Source of the DNA: the human T2T-CHM13v2.0 reference genome, Homo sapiens
Length of the DNA stretch: 64,000 nucleotides
Assembly: GCF_009914755.1 (NCBI RefSeq)
Contig: NC_060925.1
Direction: 5' to 3' (one strand)
The notes under the pieces are model-generated. The model was not told where the DNA came from. It ran no database searches and saw only the letters and a list, made by a program, of their open reading frames with translations. Both the position numbers and the translations under genes were made by a program. Shown here piece after piece: positions 13,890-32,896 of this stretch. Each line of letters starts with the position of its first letter. Position 1 is the stretch's first letter.

Positions 13890-16800
13890 AGGATTCTTAG
13901 CCTTAAACACTACAACACTACCTTTAAACTATGAGAAAAACAAACTACATTAATTTCAAGAGGATAAAATTTCTTAAATAGAATAATATAGTGTTGTGCA
14001 AAGATAAATTGACTAGCATCATCCTAAAAAACAGAATTTAGCAACGTTTTCACAAGTCTTCAGAATCAACAACTGTACTTTACAATTATGTTTTCTCCAG
14101 TAGTAGTAGGTCTTCTAGTTTCATACTTAGCATGAGATAAAAATAATAATTCTAAGCTTTTGACCAAAAAAAGCTCTGAGATATTAGCATACTGAAGTCT
14201 AGCATTAGTATTCTTAACACGATCTGGAATAAATGAAAAAACTGATAAAGCTTTTCTCTTCTATTAGAGGACTGTTTGAAATTAGCATTTCTTTCAAGAG
14301 AAAAGGGTAGCTTATGATATGTTTTCAGATCTGATGGTAAAAAGTAAATGTCATAATAATAATGAATTATGAAAGACCAAATGCAAATATAGAATGCTTT
14401 AATAAGATCCAATTTAATAAAGTCTGTAAAAATAATGGACTTTTAATAACACAGGTCACAAAAGGCAAAACAGTGGAAATTCTGGGGACTAGCCACTGGT
14501 ACTGGCTTATTAATTCTTAATTATGTTCATGAAAGGCAACTTAAATCGTGTGTTTTCTTATGCCTTATGATAATATTTTAGGTAACAACTCCTCTGAAAT
14601 GTATGTTCTAGCTGATGAGCAAAGTCCTGTCATCACATGCATTAGAAGGTAAATCTATTTGAAAAGACAAACGGCATTAAAATGTCATGTGTTCACATTC
14701 ATTTGATATCCAAATTCAAAACAGAATCAAACCTCTTAATTTTTAAAGCCAATACATTTTCTGTCTATAGAAATTCATCTCAGAAATTTAGACTGAATCC
14801 TCCATAAAATCTGTGCTATGACTATAGAAAGTAGGTGCTGCTAAGGGCCACTAGAACTGTTGGCAAGAGTGTTAAGTTAGCACCATTGCAATAAGTTCAT
14901 TGGAAGGCAGGTTTAAATACACATTCAGAAGAGCAATAACCAGACCTCATGGCAATTTCATATCAGTGCCACCATCAAAATTCAAATTCTCACATTCCAC
15001 AACTATGATGGGATAAAAGGTGCTCAAGCAGCCTAACCTTCTATGCCAAATTTCACACCCATATAGCTTAACTCATCGATAGGGATGTATAGATCGTGAG
15101 ATTAGAAAATTAGGATCTTTTTGTGCTTTTTTCTAAAATATTTTGAGTCAGTCTTGACTCTGGCCTGATCATTGGCAACCTCAAAAATAAAAGATGTCAA
15201 AAAAATAGTTGGAATGTCATTTCCCACAAAAGGGAGTAAGTCCTTGTTGCTTTCACACCAATGGATTAATTAAGCAGATATAACAAATTATCTGCCCATA
15301 AGTGCTATTAAGTACTAGTACTAGCTAAACAGGATACCTACCAAAAAAAGAAAGAACAAAGAAATAAAGGAAAGAAAGAGAGAGAGAGAAGAGAAATAAA
15401 AAAAAAGGGAAAAGCAGGCAAGTTCAGTGGTTTTAAGGATTCCATCTCAACATAATTTTGCCTGGAAATTGTGTACTTCCCATATTCTTTTTGTGAAAAT
15501 GAGCAAGAAGATAAAATAATTATGAAAATGTAGATATCTTATTGGGTATAAAATAATATATAACAAAACTTTCACCACTATACAAAGCATGTTTGCGGTG
15601 CAGATCGCAAAGCACACAGCCATTCAATAAATTATATAAAAACAACAACAAAGTGATCAATTTTCTGCTAGTTATTGGAAAATCACTCTAATTTTTTGGA
15701 AGTAGTTGGGAGATACACAGGAATCACACAACCAGCTGACACTTTATGGTAGCCTTAACCAACAATTTGTTCTAATCAAAGAGAGACTTAAAATTTTAAT
15801 TAATCTGATCAATCTTCCTAAAATATGAATTATGTTTGAGATTTTCAAATTGCAATCATCAAGAGCCTGTAGGGCTGATGGACAGTATGAAATTGTAAAA
15901 ATTCCTACTTGTCAATTCATTCCATTATAATTAACAAGAAGGTGGTACTTCACAGTACAGATGTCAAATCTTTCTCATGGCTAGGAGACTCTGCTTCTTC
16001 CTCCCAAGATCATTTATGCACAGGGCTACCATTTATAACACTACCAGCAGCAAAAAATTCAGTTCAAAACATTAGAAGGAAAATAGATGGGGAAAAACCA
16101 GTCATTTAAAGATAAAATGCATGGTTCTCATAATTGTGGTATTTTCTTCCTTTTGAAGAGATAAAAGTGTACCAGTGCATCCAGTGGCAGGGCCAAAGTT
16201 GTCAACCCAACTGCACATGGCATTCATCAGAGTTAGATGTCATAAAGTGATAAATGGTTTCCATAAGTAAATTCCTGCAATCTCAAACCCAAAGTGGGGA
16301 AGCAAGGGCAAACCACTCTACAACAAAGGGAAATGGCTCTGTTTTTAAATAATACAATTTCTGAATAAATTGAACAGCCTGCCCATCATAGAACATTTGA
16401 GGAGGGGACTAACGAGTTGCCAAATCAACCCAAGGCCAAATGCTAAAATTACAAATTTGAAAAGACAATAAATGCCCTCACTAAGGGAATGATACAAGGG
16501 AAGAAGGGAGAGAAGGATGAAGGAAGGGTTGAGGCAATGAGTGAAATGAAATAGTTAATCATAAGTCAGATATACTTTTATATTTTCCAGTTCTTGCTAT
16601 TAGAAAACTGGTAAGATAAGATGAAATGGTTTTAATCTAAAGTTTGGAGAGAAATATAAACAGAATATCTGATGGTTAGCATGTATTAATCACTTGTAAA
16701 ATTTTTCATTGCTGAAGCATAGATATTTCTATCTTGTTAACGGAAACCAGGATTACTAATAAATCAGATATGGCAAAAAGTAATCTTGTTTAAATTCAAA

Positions 16801-17539
16801 ACAGGATATTGTTTAATTTCTTTCAACTTAAGTCATAATTACCTAAGTCACTGGCTTTCACCAAGCTATACTCTAACATAAAATATATATTAAATGGAAC
16901 CTAGCAATTTAGGGGAAGGGAGATGAAATTCCACAAATGCTCACTGCCTACCTACCGTATACCAGGTGCTGTAAAAGGAAGAATATTTGATAAAAAATAG
17001 AGGGCACAAAACTGTCAACTACTCTATTTAAGGGTTCCTGATTACTACATATTTCAGTGTGATTCCCATGAGTTTAAAAGAGCCTCAGGTATAAAGTGGA
17101 AATAACACTTACCTTTAAAACACTTGTCTTCTTGTAAGGATGAAATAAGTTAAGATACAGAAAACACTTGGACTTGTGCCTAAAATATGGTAGGCCCTTA
17201 AAATTGGTCGCTATTTTACTATTATTAAATGCATAATAATATTTAACACTTTTATCATCATTTCTTTTAGGATTAAAAATGATAGTTTATAGCTACAGGC
17301 CAGCTCTATGAGACTTTATTTTGCACAGGAAGATACATTAGCAAAGATTTGTTGACTAAACCAACACTGTCACTGTTTTTTTTTTTCCATTCAGAAAATG
17401 AATGGGCAGGTATCAATATTTAGAAAATAAGACAATACATTATAGATGCTGCATTTGTACAATACCACAAAATTTTAAACATTTACAACTGAATACAAAA
17501 CTAAAATCACTATTTTCTTTTAAATACATTTATATTTAA

Positions 17540-17830
17540 TCATAATATGGCGAAAGGTCAAGGGGGAAGTGGATCCATGTGGAAAGGGCATCCTCCCTTT
17601 ATAACAACTTGCTCTCCTGGGAAGAAATCCATTCCTGGGATTGCTAAACTAGCTTAATGAGAACAAGAGGGAGAACCCACTACCATGAGAACAGTCAAGG
17701 ACATGGTGGGTCCATGACCCAGGCATCTCCCATTAGGCTCCACCTCTTAAAGGTTGCACCTCCCAACATTTCCACACTAAGAATTAAGGTTCCCATATGA
17801 GTTTCGGTGGGGATGCTCAAACCATAGCAT
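17540..17830. mobile_element. MaLR LTR fragment (MST-like)
   Basis: ctcccattaggctccacctc...catatgagtttcggtgggga...caaaccatagca terminus. Confidence 0.7.
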
Positions 17831-17910
17831 AATCCTAAATCTTTGGTTTAAACTAAACTAAGTTAGGAAAACAGAGTATATGACTAAGCTAGGGGAAACT
17901 AAGGTAAAGG

Positions 17911-18104
17911 CAGTGATCCTAAACCTTTAGTGGCCTATAAATCACCTAGGGAATTTATTTAAAAGGCAAGTTCCTCAGCCCCATTCCCACAGAGAAGGTG
18001 ATTCAATAGATTTGAGTCAGGAAACAGCCTTTTTAATACGTCTCCAACCCCACCCCAGGTAATTTTGATGCAAGTGATTAATGGCCACACTTTGAGACAC
18101 ATTG
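17911..18104. mobile_element. MER5-like hAT MITE
   Basis: cagtgatcctaaac...aatcacctagggaa...ccaggtaattttgatgca...cactttgagacacattg. Confidence 0.75.
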
Positions 18105-18891
18105 CTTTCTGGACACAGGACTCTCTTTGTAAGACTTTAATCTGTCTCTGAAGGCAGTTCTTAAAAGAAATCATCATAAAAATATTTTGGGCAATGATAG
18201 CTTCACTGGACCAAGTGTCTAGTCTCCTGAGTCAACCACTTTAAAAATATTAATTCCCACTTGCTTCATTTGTATGGGTAAACTCCAATCTGATCTGAAA
18301 AAAATACTAATAAATATCTCAAAAGTCTGTGAGCTCCATGTGATGGAGGGAAAACAAAGCAGGGAAGGGGAGGTTGTAATATAAAATAGAGTGGTCAGGG
18401 AAAGTCTCAATGAAACGCTGACATTTGATCAAAGACTCAAAAGAGGTGAAGGAGGAAATGAAATATTTATCTCAGGGAAGAGAATTTCAGGTGTAGAGAA
18501 CAGGAAATAAAAGACATTGAAGTTGGAAAGTATCTAGCATATTTGAAAGGTAACAAGGAGGTTACTATAGTTGGAGCAGAGTGAAGCATAAAAGACAAAA
18601 ATTGATGAGTTTTATTAAACTTACATGGTAAAACACACACACACACCACAGAAAAAAACAAAAACAAAAACACCATAACTAGGCCAAAAGATAAATAACA
18701 AACGGGGAAATTTTCTGAATTCCAAACCACAAAAAAGAGGCTAATTTACTCATTATATATAGAATTCTTACAAACTAGTAAGTAAAAGATCAACAAAAAA
18801 TAAAGTTTCTAGAAATGGAAATAGTAATAGCACATAAGCATGTTAAAAAGATATGCAAAATTACACATATTGAATTTGCTCCTAATTATAG

Positions 18892-21331
<2,440 letters not shown>

Positions 21332-22399
21332 CAAAAGCAATGTAATTTCTTAATCTTTCTCCTTGTTGCCATCTAGAAATAACTCAAATGCAAAAGGCTT
21401 TGAGGCACTTAAAGTTTAATAACAAGGGTATAGCTAATCTATAGGAGACAATTTATCCTAAGTTTTTTGAGGAACAATAATCATAAATAATAATTGGCTT
21501 TTTCTTACCACTAAGTAAGAACATAAACATTTAAGTACTTGAAAATTTCTTCATAAAAATGGTGTTTACTTTTTCTCAAGTGTTGATCATAGACTCTTAG
21601 GAGGGATAATAGAGAACATCTAATTCAATCTCTTATCAAATGCAGAAATTCCTTCTCTAGCAATGCAAAGAAAAGATTCACTTTCCAGGGCCTGAATAAG
21701 AGAGCCAATTTATGTTTAATGCCATATAACATTTCTTCTGTGTTTTTGCCTTTTACCAACCAATAAATATTTATGAGGGCCCACCAAATATATGACGAGA
21801 TAAGACATGGTTTTTGTCTTTAGCATAGTAAGAATATTTTGCCTTTGATAAATCAAGGCCCCCAAACAGTAAATGTAATCTAGTATATTACTGGGGCCTA
21901 CATTTAGTGGTTCAGATGAAGTGCTGGGGAAAATCAGAGAAAGGAACGGGTGCTTAGAAGTCAGGGAGAACTTGATGTTGTAAGGTGCAACTCCTAGGAC
22001 AGCTAGTAGAAGAACCATTGCTTACTCACCTCTGTATTCCTAGCACCTACTATATTTGTTGCATGAATGGGCCAATTCATGCTTCAATAACCTTTATCTT
22101 CACTATGACAATGTTGACCATACAATCTTCCTTTTTCTCTTCCAACTACTTTTGAAATCAGTTTAATTCAAAGACAGTCAGTGTGAATAATTACAGTCTT
22201 CAGGGCCCTTTTCACTGTGTTTCCACCTCCACAGGCCACTTGAACCCTCAAAATAAGCAGGTGTTGGTCCACAAGTTTATGATTCTAAACTTACTGTCTA
22301 ATTTTTAGCAAACTGTACTTTTTATATAATTTCATCCTGTCACCACCCACTGACTGAAAATGTGACTTAGAAAAGGTATAAAATATCCAAATATTAATA

Positions 22400-22585
22400 T
22401 ATTAGAGAAATTAGGAATTGCTGCAAGCAGCATAGTATTGTGGGAAGAACAAAGACTATGGAGTCGAACAAATCTGATTTTGTAAATTAGCTGTTTCTTT
22501 GGATAACTTAAGGGCCTCAGCTTTCTCATCTATAAAATGAAGATAATAATACCTACTTTTGGAATTGGTCTGTGGATTAATAAAT
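22400..22585 (+). mobile_element. MIR fragment
   Basis: ttggataactta...cctcagctttctcatctataaaatgaagataataatacctac core. Confidence 0.75.
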
Positions 22586-22952
22586 TCTACTTGTTTTTCT
22601 TTCTTTTTGTGTGCTTCAGAGTCAAAATTGGTTTTTCCACCCCCATCTCTCCAAATTAAAGGTATGGTGAAATGTTTCCTAAAATAAGTTATAGCACCAA
22701 TCTCAGACTCAGATCACTAAACAGGAAGTTATTCTTTACACCATGCTTGCCACTGTATTATACTGCTGCATAACTTCTAGAATATGCACCAACATCATTG
22801 TAAGATAACGTCCTACTCAGAGCAGAGATTTAAAGTATATGTATCTCTACTTTAAATCTATCTATATATTTAACGTTGTCATGTTCCCTAAATTTTCTAG
22901 CTGCCAAATTTAGAGACTTTGTTTTTTGTTTTGGATTTCTTTTAAAGGGGTG

Positions 22953-23528
<576 letters not shown>

Positions 23529-23689
23529 AATTTGGACACTTTGTGATTTTTATCATTATATAAAATGTTTCAGCATCATTTATTTCAGGGTTGGTTGGTT
23601 TCTCTTGGAACTTTGACATTTACACATAATGTCCTCATGTATTTGAAAACAACTATCACCCTAATGGATATAAAAATGTGGGAGTGCAT

Positions 23690-24087
<398 letters not shown>

Positions 24088-25199
24088 TCATCAAAGCTTT
24101 CAAGCAAGAGCTGATTGTAACCCAGCACTTATTAAGCTCAATTCAGACAGCTGATGTTTAACACAAAGAGCTGAATAGACAGGTTGACTGTGTAGGCTCT
24201 TCCTCTAAACTTTATACCTGTTATGAGTTAGGTAATCATAAAGGAGTATTTAAGGACCACATCACCTAAACTCCCTAAAGAATTATCATTACTGAAAAAA
24301 AGATTAAATACAAAGCCCTCTGCTTTTACAGGGGATTTATATTTTAAAAAACTATTTAAAATAATCTGTCTTCTGCAAAACAACAGTAGAAGTTTATTGT
24401 CTATTACTTTTCCTAAGGACTCTCAAATAAAATCATGCAACAAAACTCTCCCTTGACTTCAGTGTCAGGAAATCTTGAGAAGAACTATTATGATTCCATA
24501 TGTCAGAAAATGAGAACTGTAAATGGTAAAATGTAAATGCTCTCAGGTGTGTGATCTGGCATATAAGAGAAATACAATAGATACATATGGAATGGACAGA
24601 TGAATAAATGATTATATGCCTATGACATGTCCTTTCTCTCCTTTATCTGCTGGAATTCTACAGCTAAACTTCAACTCAGGTGCTTATAAATATTCATATC
24701 TATTTGCTACTTTTAATTGGTTTTCATCCAATTTTATTTTTTATTTTCCTATTTTATATTGTATGTACAGAGATTATGAGATTACGTATAGCTATTATGT
24801 CAATTTTTTAAAGGAGGCAAACTGTAAATGCTAAATGGAAAAAAAACCCAGACATATATACAGAGGGAAAATAAGAGGAGCAAGAATGTTTTCCCAATTC
24901 AAGCACAGTATATGGTACACAGTTTAATGGTATATAGTACACAGTATATGGTACACATATGGTACACAGCTTAATGAATACTTTTTTGGATAAAGAAATG
25001 AATAGATGGTAGAATGAATGAGACAGTAAAAAGCTAAAATTAATGATAATGAAGTAACTATCATGAGGAATCTGTGTCCCTAAAAACATGTAAATACCAT
25101 GATTTTAAAATGTACAGACCAGTAAACTTGCTCACAATACCCACAAAACTTTAAAAAGTCACTTAGAAAGATGGTTTATGAACAATTAGAATACAGTAG

Positions 25200-25450
25200 C
25201 GATGAATGGCAGGCAGCATAGGCCCTTAAGAACATACTATTCCCAAAACTAACTGTGAGTTTCCTAGACTAAGAATGCATCAGCATTCCATAAATTTTGA
25301 CTATCTGGATTTCAGTAAGGCATATAATAAGGTGTTCCAAAAGATCCTTTAGATAAGATTCAGAAATACAGGCTAAGGTAGACAATTCATTTGTCATCAG
25401 GAAATTCAATCTGTAGAATGCTACCAAATTGAGAGTAGTCTCAAATAGTT
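25200..25450 (+). mobile_element. L3/CR1 LINE reverse-transcriptase remnant
   Basis: 25302 onward reads YLDFSKAYNKV, resembling the CR1 RT motif YLDFSKAFDKV. Confidence 0.65.
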
Positions 25451-25616
25451 TACTAGCTGGCTTTGTCCTGTTAACATTTTCATAAATATCTGAGACAAAT
25501 AAAATACTTACATGTAGATAAATGCACTGAGCACTTACTCTGTACCAGACTTTAAAATCAATCATCCCATTTAGTTCTAATAACTCTCTGATGAATGTAG
25601 TTTTATCTCCATTTCA

Positions 25617-25971
<355 letters not shown>

Positions 25972-27149
25972 TCACTATGGTGGCCTAGTGGCATAGCTAG
26001 AATTCCAATCGTGGTCTGAATAAATCCAAAGCTCATTCATATTCTTAATCATCATGATGCTCTGAATTCTTATAACATCAACAAATAATTATTTAGCATT
26101 TTAATAGGAAACAAAAGTGGAAAAGATTGATATAACTCTTATCCTTATAAAGCTTATATTCATTGGAAGAAATAGAAAATAAATGTTAAAGTAAGCAAAA
26201 GTAATGGCTTATTATGGAAAGTTCTATGAAAGTGCTATGAAAAAGAATGATGGTGAAGCCTTCTCTAGAAAGGTTCATCAGACCTTTCTGAAGGAATATA
26301 TAGACAGGATAGAAAAATGGGCTCATTTCTGTCTTTCTGATAACTTCTTTTATTCTCAAGCAACTAGTGGGGGCAGCTGGGAGGGGAGGTAGAGAGGGGA
26401 ATGATATATTTGGGGAATGAAGAGTAGTATGAAATAGATATCTCAGTTAGGCAAAGAAAACTAACTAGAGAATCCCAAATCCCAGTAGGCTTGCCCAGCA
26501 TTATTGTGTGCTTATTTGAAGCTTGTGTTTATTTAAAAGAGAGAGAGAAAAAAGAGAAGAGAAAAGACAGTGTGATTTTCTCTAGCTGTGTTCAACTGCA
26601 AGGGTACAGGCATACAGAAGGTGAACAGGCGGGTCTAACAAAATGAGTGTAACAGAGAGAGTTTAAAGTATCACAAGGAAATTACAACGATGAACCTCAA
26701 AATCTAAACAGGATGAGGAATATGAAAACTGGATATAGGAAAGGGTAGATGGGGTGAGAGAAAGGTCAATAGATTGGAAGGCATGAGGAGATAAAAAAAT
26801 CTTTAAGACCAGTGATACTTGAACAAATAAATAGGAGTGGTAGGAAGTGGTGATCAGAGCCAGATGTTTGAAATCAAAATATATGAGGCAATATAGTTTC
26901 TATTAGTGACCCCATCTAAATGTGGTAAATACAGAGAAGAAGAAAAATTTTCTGGAGAACATGTCTAGGAACCGAGAGGATTATCAAGAATGATGACAGG
27001 AGTAGAGATGATAAGGACTTAAGACTCATTTGTGGGTGATAAAACTTGTGAAGGTCAATAGACAGAATCTGAACCCCAAATGATCTTGTCAATCAACTGC
27101 ATTAGTAAAGAATGGCAGAAATCTGGTTTAGCATCAACTCAAGCTGGAA

Positions 27150-27612
27150 AACAATGGGGTTTTAGATGATTCCCTGAGTTCAACAGAAGCCCACAATAAA
27201 ATTTCAGATAGAACTGTGCACAGCACCAGACAAACCTCCTCTAGAGCACTATGCTTGATCCCGGCACCTTTAGAAGGGGCTGGGTCTAGACACACTATCA
27301 TATGAAGAACAGTGAAAAGAACTAATTATATTTGGTAGGAAGAGGCAGGGAAAATAGGAAAAATGAGAACTAGAGTTACATTGATAAAAGGTTATAATGC
27401 TATAGAGAAGTTAGGCTTATATCAGGTAACTGCAAAACCAGAACCAAAAAGGATAAAGTTGAGGAAGCTCTCTATAGAAGAAGCATTGTAGTAAAGACAT
27501 TTCCAGTTTTCAGAGCAGCTAAAAAAAAAAGCTATCTTTTGAAGCTTTCATTTCCCTGTCTTGGCAATATTCAAGCACAGGCTGGAGCAACATCAGCTAA
27601 GCATGTTATAGA
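27150..27612 (+). mobile_element. L3/CR1 3' fragment
   Basis: ttccctgtc...ttcaagcacaggctggagcaacatc...catgttataga resembles the CR1 3' end. Confidence 0.55.
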
Positions 27613-27984
27613 AAAAAAGGCCTGGGTGGCTGCAAGTTGTACTGCTAAGGACACGTCTAATCCCTAACTCTAAGACTGGGTGAATTTCACGTTTATTTGT
27701 TCCTTGAACAAAAGGTCCATGGACTTCCCTTATACCTCCTGCAGGACTTTGCACACTAGATAATTATCTAGTACATTTTTGTTGCTGAATCATTCAGCAT
27801 GGCAAGATCATGGGAAAAAAAGCATTATGTGGTAGAAAAGCACAGGTAGCATTGGGATTTATAGCTGGTATAGCCATTGCAATGACCTCACAGAACCTCT
27901 CTGAGCCACAAATAGTTTCCTCACATGTGAAATGGGATCTTGCTATTTACCCTGCAGAATTGTGGAAAAGATTAAATGAGGTAA

Positions 27985-28036
<52 letters not shown>
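27985..28036. repeat. (TA)n(GA)n compound microsatellite within a MIR
   Basis: Read directly. Confidence 0.93.
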
Positions 28037-28037
<1 letters not shown>

Positions 28038-28624
28038 CTTAAATTAGCACATTTATATAGTGTCTGGCACTATAATTAATTAAGTAGGTACTTAATTAAT
28101 GGTTGTAGTTGTCATCATGTAGTTTGGCTTCTTAAAAAGCCGTACTATAGTCTTGCTCTTAGCTACTAATATACTTTTAACAGATATTCCTTGTTACAAA
28201 ACGAAAGAGGAAGAAAATTACTGTCGTCTTCTTCACTACACCCCACTAAAATCACTCTGATCAGATTATTACAAACTGGAAAGGGTAGCATGCTTATGTT
28301 ATAATCTGATATATCAAACCTCACCAAAATTTATTTTAAAAATGAACCCTTGCTTACCTCACATTTTTCTACTGAAAACAACTGTATCCAAGTCAGAATA
28401 TTACAGACAAAGGTCTCAGGTCAAATAGGTGAGTCACTCTCTTTTCATAGATGAAAAAGAAAGATCTAGAAATGTTATACTACTTGTCTAATATCATCTT
28501 GTTTTTCGTATTTCCAGCCTGACTGAGCCTTACTTCTCAATTGCTCTACATTCTATGATGATTGACATCTGTCTGTCTGCACAAACAATGAGAAAACAGT
28601 TGTAATGAAAAATTGTGGTTTCTA

Positions 28625-28920
28625 TGAGCCCAGGAGACCAGCCTGAGCAACATGGTGAAACCCCTGTCTCTACAAAAAAAAAATAATAATAGCTGGGCAT
28701 GGCGGCATGAGCCTGTAGTCCCAGCTACTTCAGTCAGGAGGCTGAAGTGAGAGGATCACTTGAGCCCAGGTGGTCGAGGCTGCAGTGAGTCAAGATCGTG
28801 CCACTGCATTCCAGCCCAGGTGACAGAGCGAGACACACACACACATACACACACACCAGGACCCTGACACACACACACACACACCCCAGGACTCTGACAC
28901 ACACACACACACACCCCCCA
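28625..28920 (+). mobile_element. 5'-truncated AluJ-like element ending in a compound (CA)n array
   Basis: Alu body to about 28833, then three CA blocks. Confidence 0.85.
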
Positions 28921-28929
28921 AAATAAAAC

Positions 28930-30528
<1,599 letters not shown>

Positions 30529-31526
30529 TTAAGAACAGCAACTGACACATTTTAATGTGTACAAGTCTGCTTCAAGAACTAACAAGTTAATACATAGCTT
30601 TCCTAATAGCCACATAATAAAATTTGTTGCTGAGACAGTAAATTATTTGAGAGCTGCTCAGAGAATCCAGTAGCTCATTTATTACTGGGACTAGGCTATG
30701 TAATTTCTCAGATTTGAGGTATGGCAATCAAGGCTTTTTAATTTTTCACATAACCTTGCCTCATTCCTTCCTTAGCTGAGGTGTGTAGAAAACTATTTGC
30801 TGAAAAGGACTTTCTTGGTGCTGATCATGTATTGAGGGGAAGAAAAGCACATGAAAGCAATCTATTTAGGATTCTTAAATTGTTGCTGTAGCTACAGACT
30901 GAGTTAGCCAACAGTAGATAAACTGTCAAACAGCTTTTAAAAAGTCTTTAGAGTTAACTCTGTTTTGAATAATACAAAACTATCTGTCACTCCTCTATTA
31001 CCCTAATGCTATTAAGTAGAGAGACACAAACATATGCTTAAGGAAAGGACACCCAATCTATTCTTTAATAATTACCTGAACACATCAGAAACAGGATTCC
31101 ACCTTACTCTCCAATTCCAGACTAACAGAAACTTTGCTTTTTTTGGTGGTATATTTGGCAGATTAGAACATTAAGATTGTTGGGCTTTAAAATATCTTTT
31201 AGCATCTATGCAGACTGACAAGCAAACACTGTAAAATATGTCAGAGGAACCAAATTACTTATATCACTGAACTAACATGTTTCTTTTATAATTTCTCTGA
31301 CTGTTTTACTATCAGTGTTTATAGAAGAGGAGAAATGTGCTACCAATTTCAATGGCATAGGTGATATTATTTAGTAAAAGGTCTGCCGAAATATCATCAA
31401 TATAAAAATTATTAATGAGAGCAGTTAAGGAAACAAATCTTTTCAGACCTTTTTAATTTCAGGCAAGAAGAAAAGCAAAATACACGATGGCATATATATA
31501 TTTAAGATATTTCACTTTATAAATAT

Positions 31527-31818
31527 CTTATTTATTTATTTATTTATTTAGATACAGGGTCTTGCTCTGTTGCCCAGGCTGGAGTGCAGTGGTGCAATCT
31601 CGGCTCACTGCAACCTCTGGCTCCTGGGCTCAAGCAGCCTCCCAAGTAGCTGGGACTACAGGCATGTGCCACCATGCCAGGCTAGTTTTTGTATTTTTAG
31701 TACAGACAGGGTTTCACTATGTTGGCCAGGCTGGTCTTGAACTCCTTGCCTTAAGTGATCCACCTGCCTCAGACTCCCAAAGCACTGGGGTTACAGGTGT
31801 GAGCCGCCGCATCCAGCC
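31527..31818 (-). mobile_element. Alu (J/S) with (TTTA)n tail
   Basis: TSD taaatatcttattt. Confidence 0.9.
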
Positions 31819-32584
31819 TAAATATCTTATTTTTAGAATAAGATATTTATCTTATTTTTAGAATAAGATATTTATCTTATTTTTGGAATGTGTCATTAGA
31901 TTACTCATGTTTTATATCAATATAAAAACTGTATGTTCTAAAATACAAGCATAACCAGCTATTGGGAGTAACTATTTGCATATAACTATACATGAGTACA
32001 CTGGTGGGGTCGGGGGACGGGTTACAGAATGGGGAAGGATTCAGCAACAGATCACAAACAGGGAAAGGTTTGGAATTAACCTCAAACTTCATCTTGAGAC
32101 AGTGATGATTCTTTTAATTCTGTGACTCTCATAATCAAGATACCTAGAATATTCAAAAAATATTCAAAACACAGAGTAATTGGGAGATGACCAAGGAGAA
32201 CACCAACAGACTTATAAGAAAGATCTAGTGCATGAGAAAAATAGAATGTGATAGAAACTTAAAATGTTATTCTTTTGGAATGGCTTGCCAATAATATCAC
32301 CTTTGTATCTTAGCTTCTAACAACAGTTTTCATAGGCTATTTATTGACAACTGTATCTGAGTTAAATGCATATTTCCTGAATAGCATTAATTAGATTAGT
32401 GCAGAGGAAAATGAGCTCTTTTTTAAAAACAAATGCTTTGATTCAAATACGATGCATGTGCAACCAGGCAGTTATAACTGTAGTACTAGGTAGGAGTGTA
32501 GGAAGTATCCAAATCAGAGTAAAAAAGGCTCGTAAATTGGTAATTTTAAATTATCTCAAAGAACATTTTTAAAAGGATAATCTA

Positions 32585-32896
<312 letters not shown>

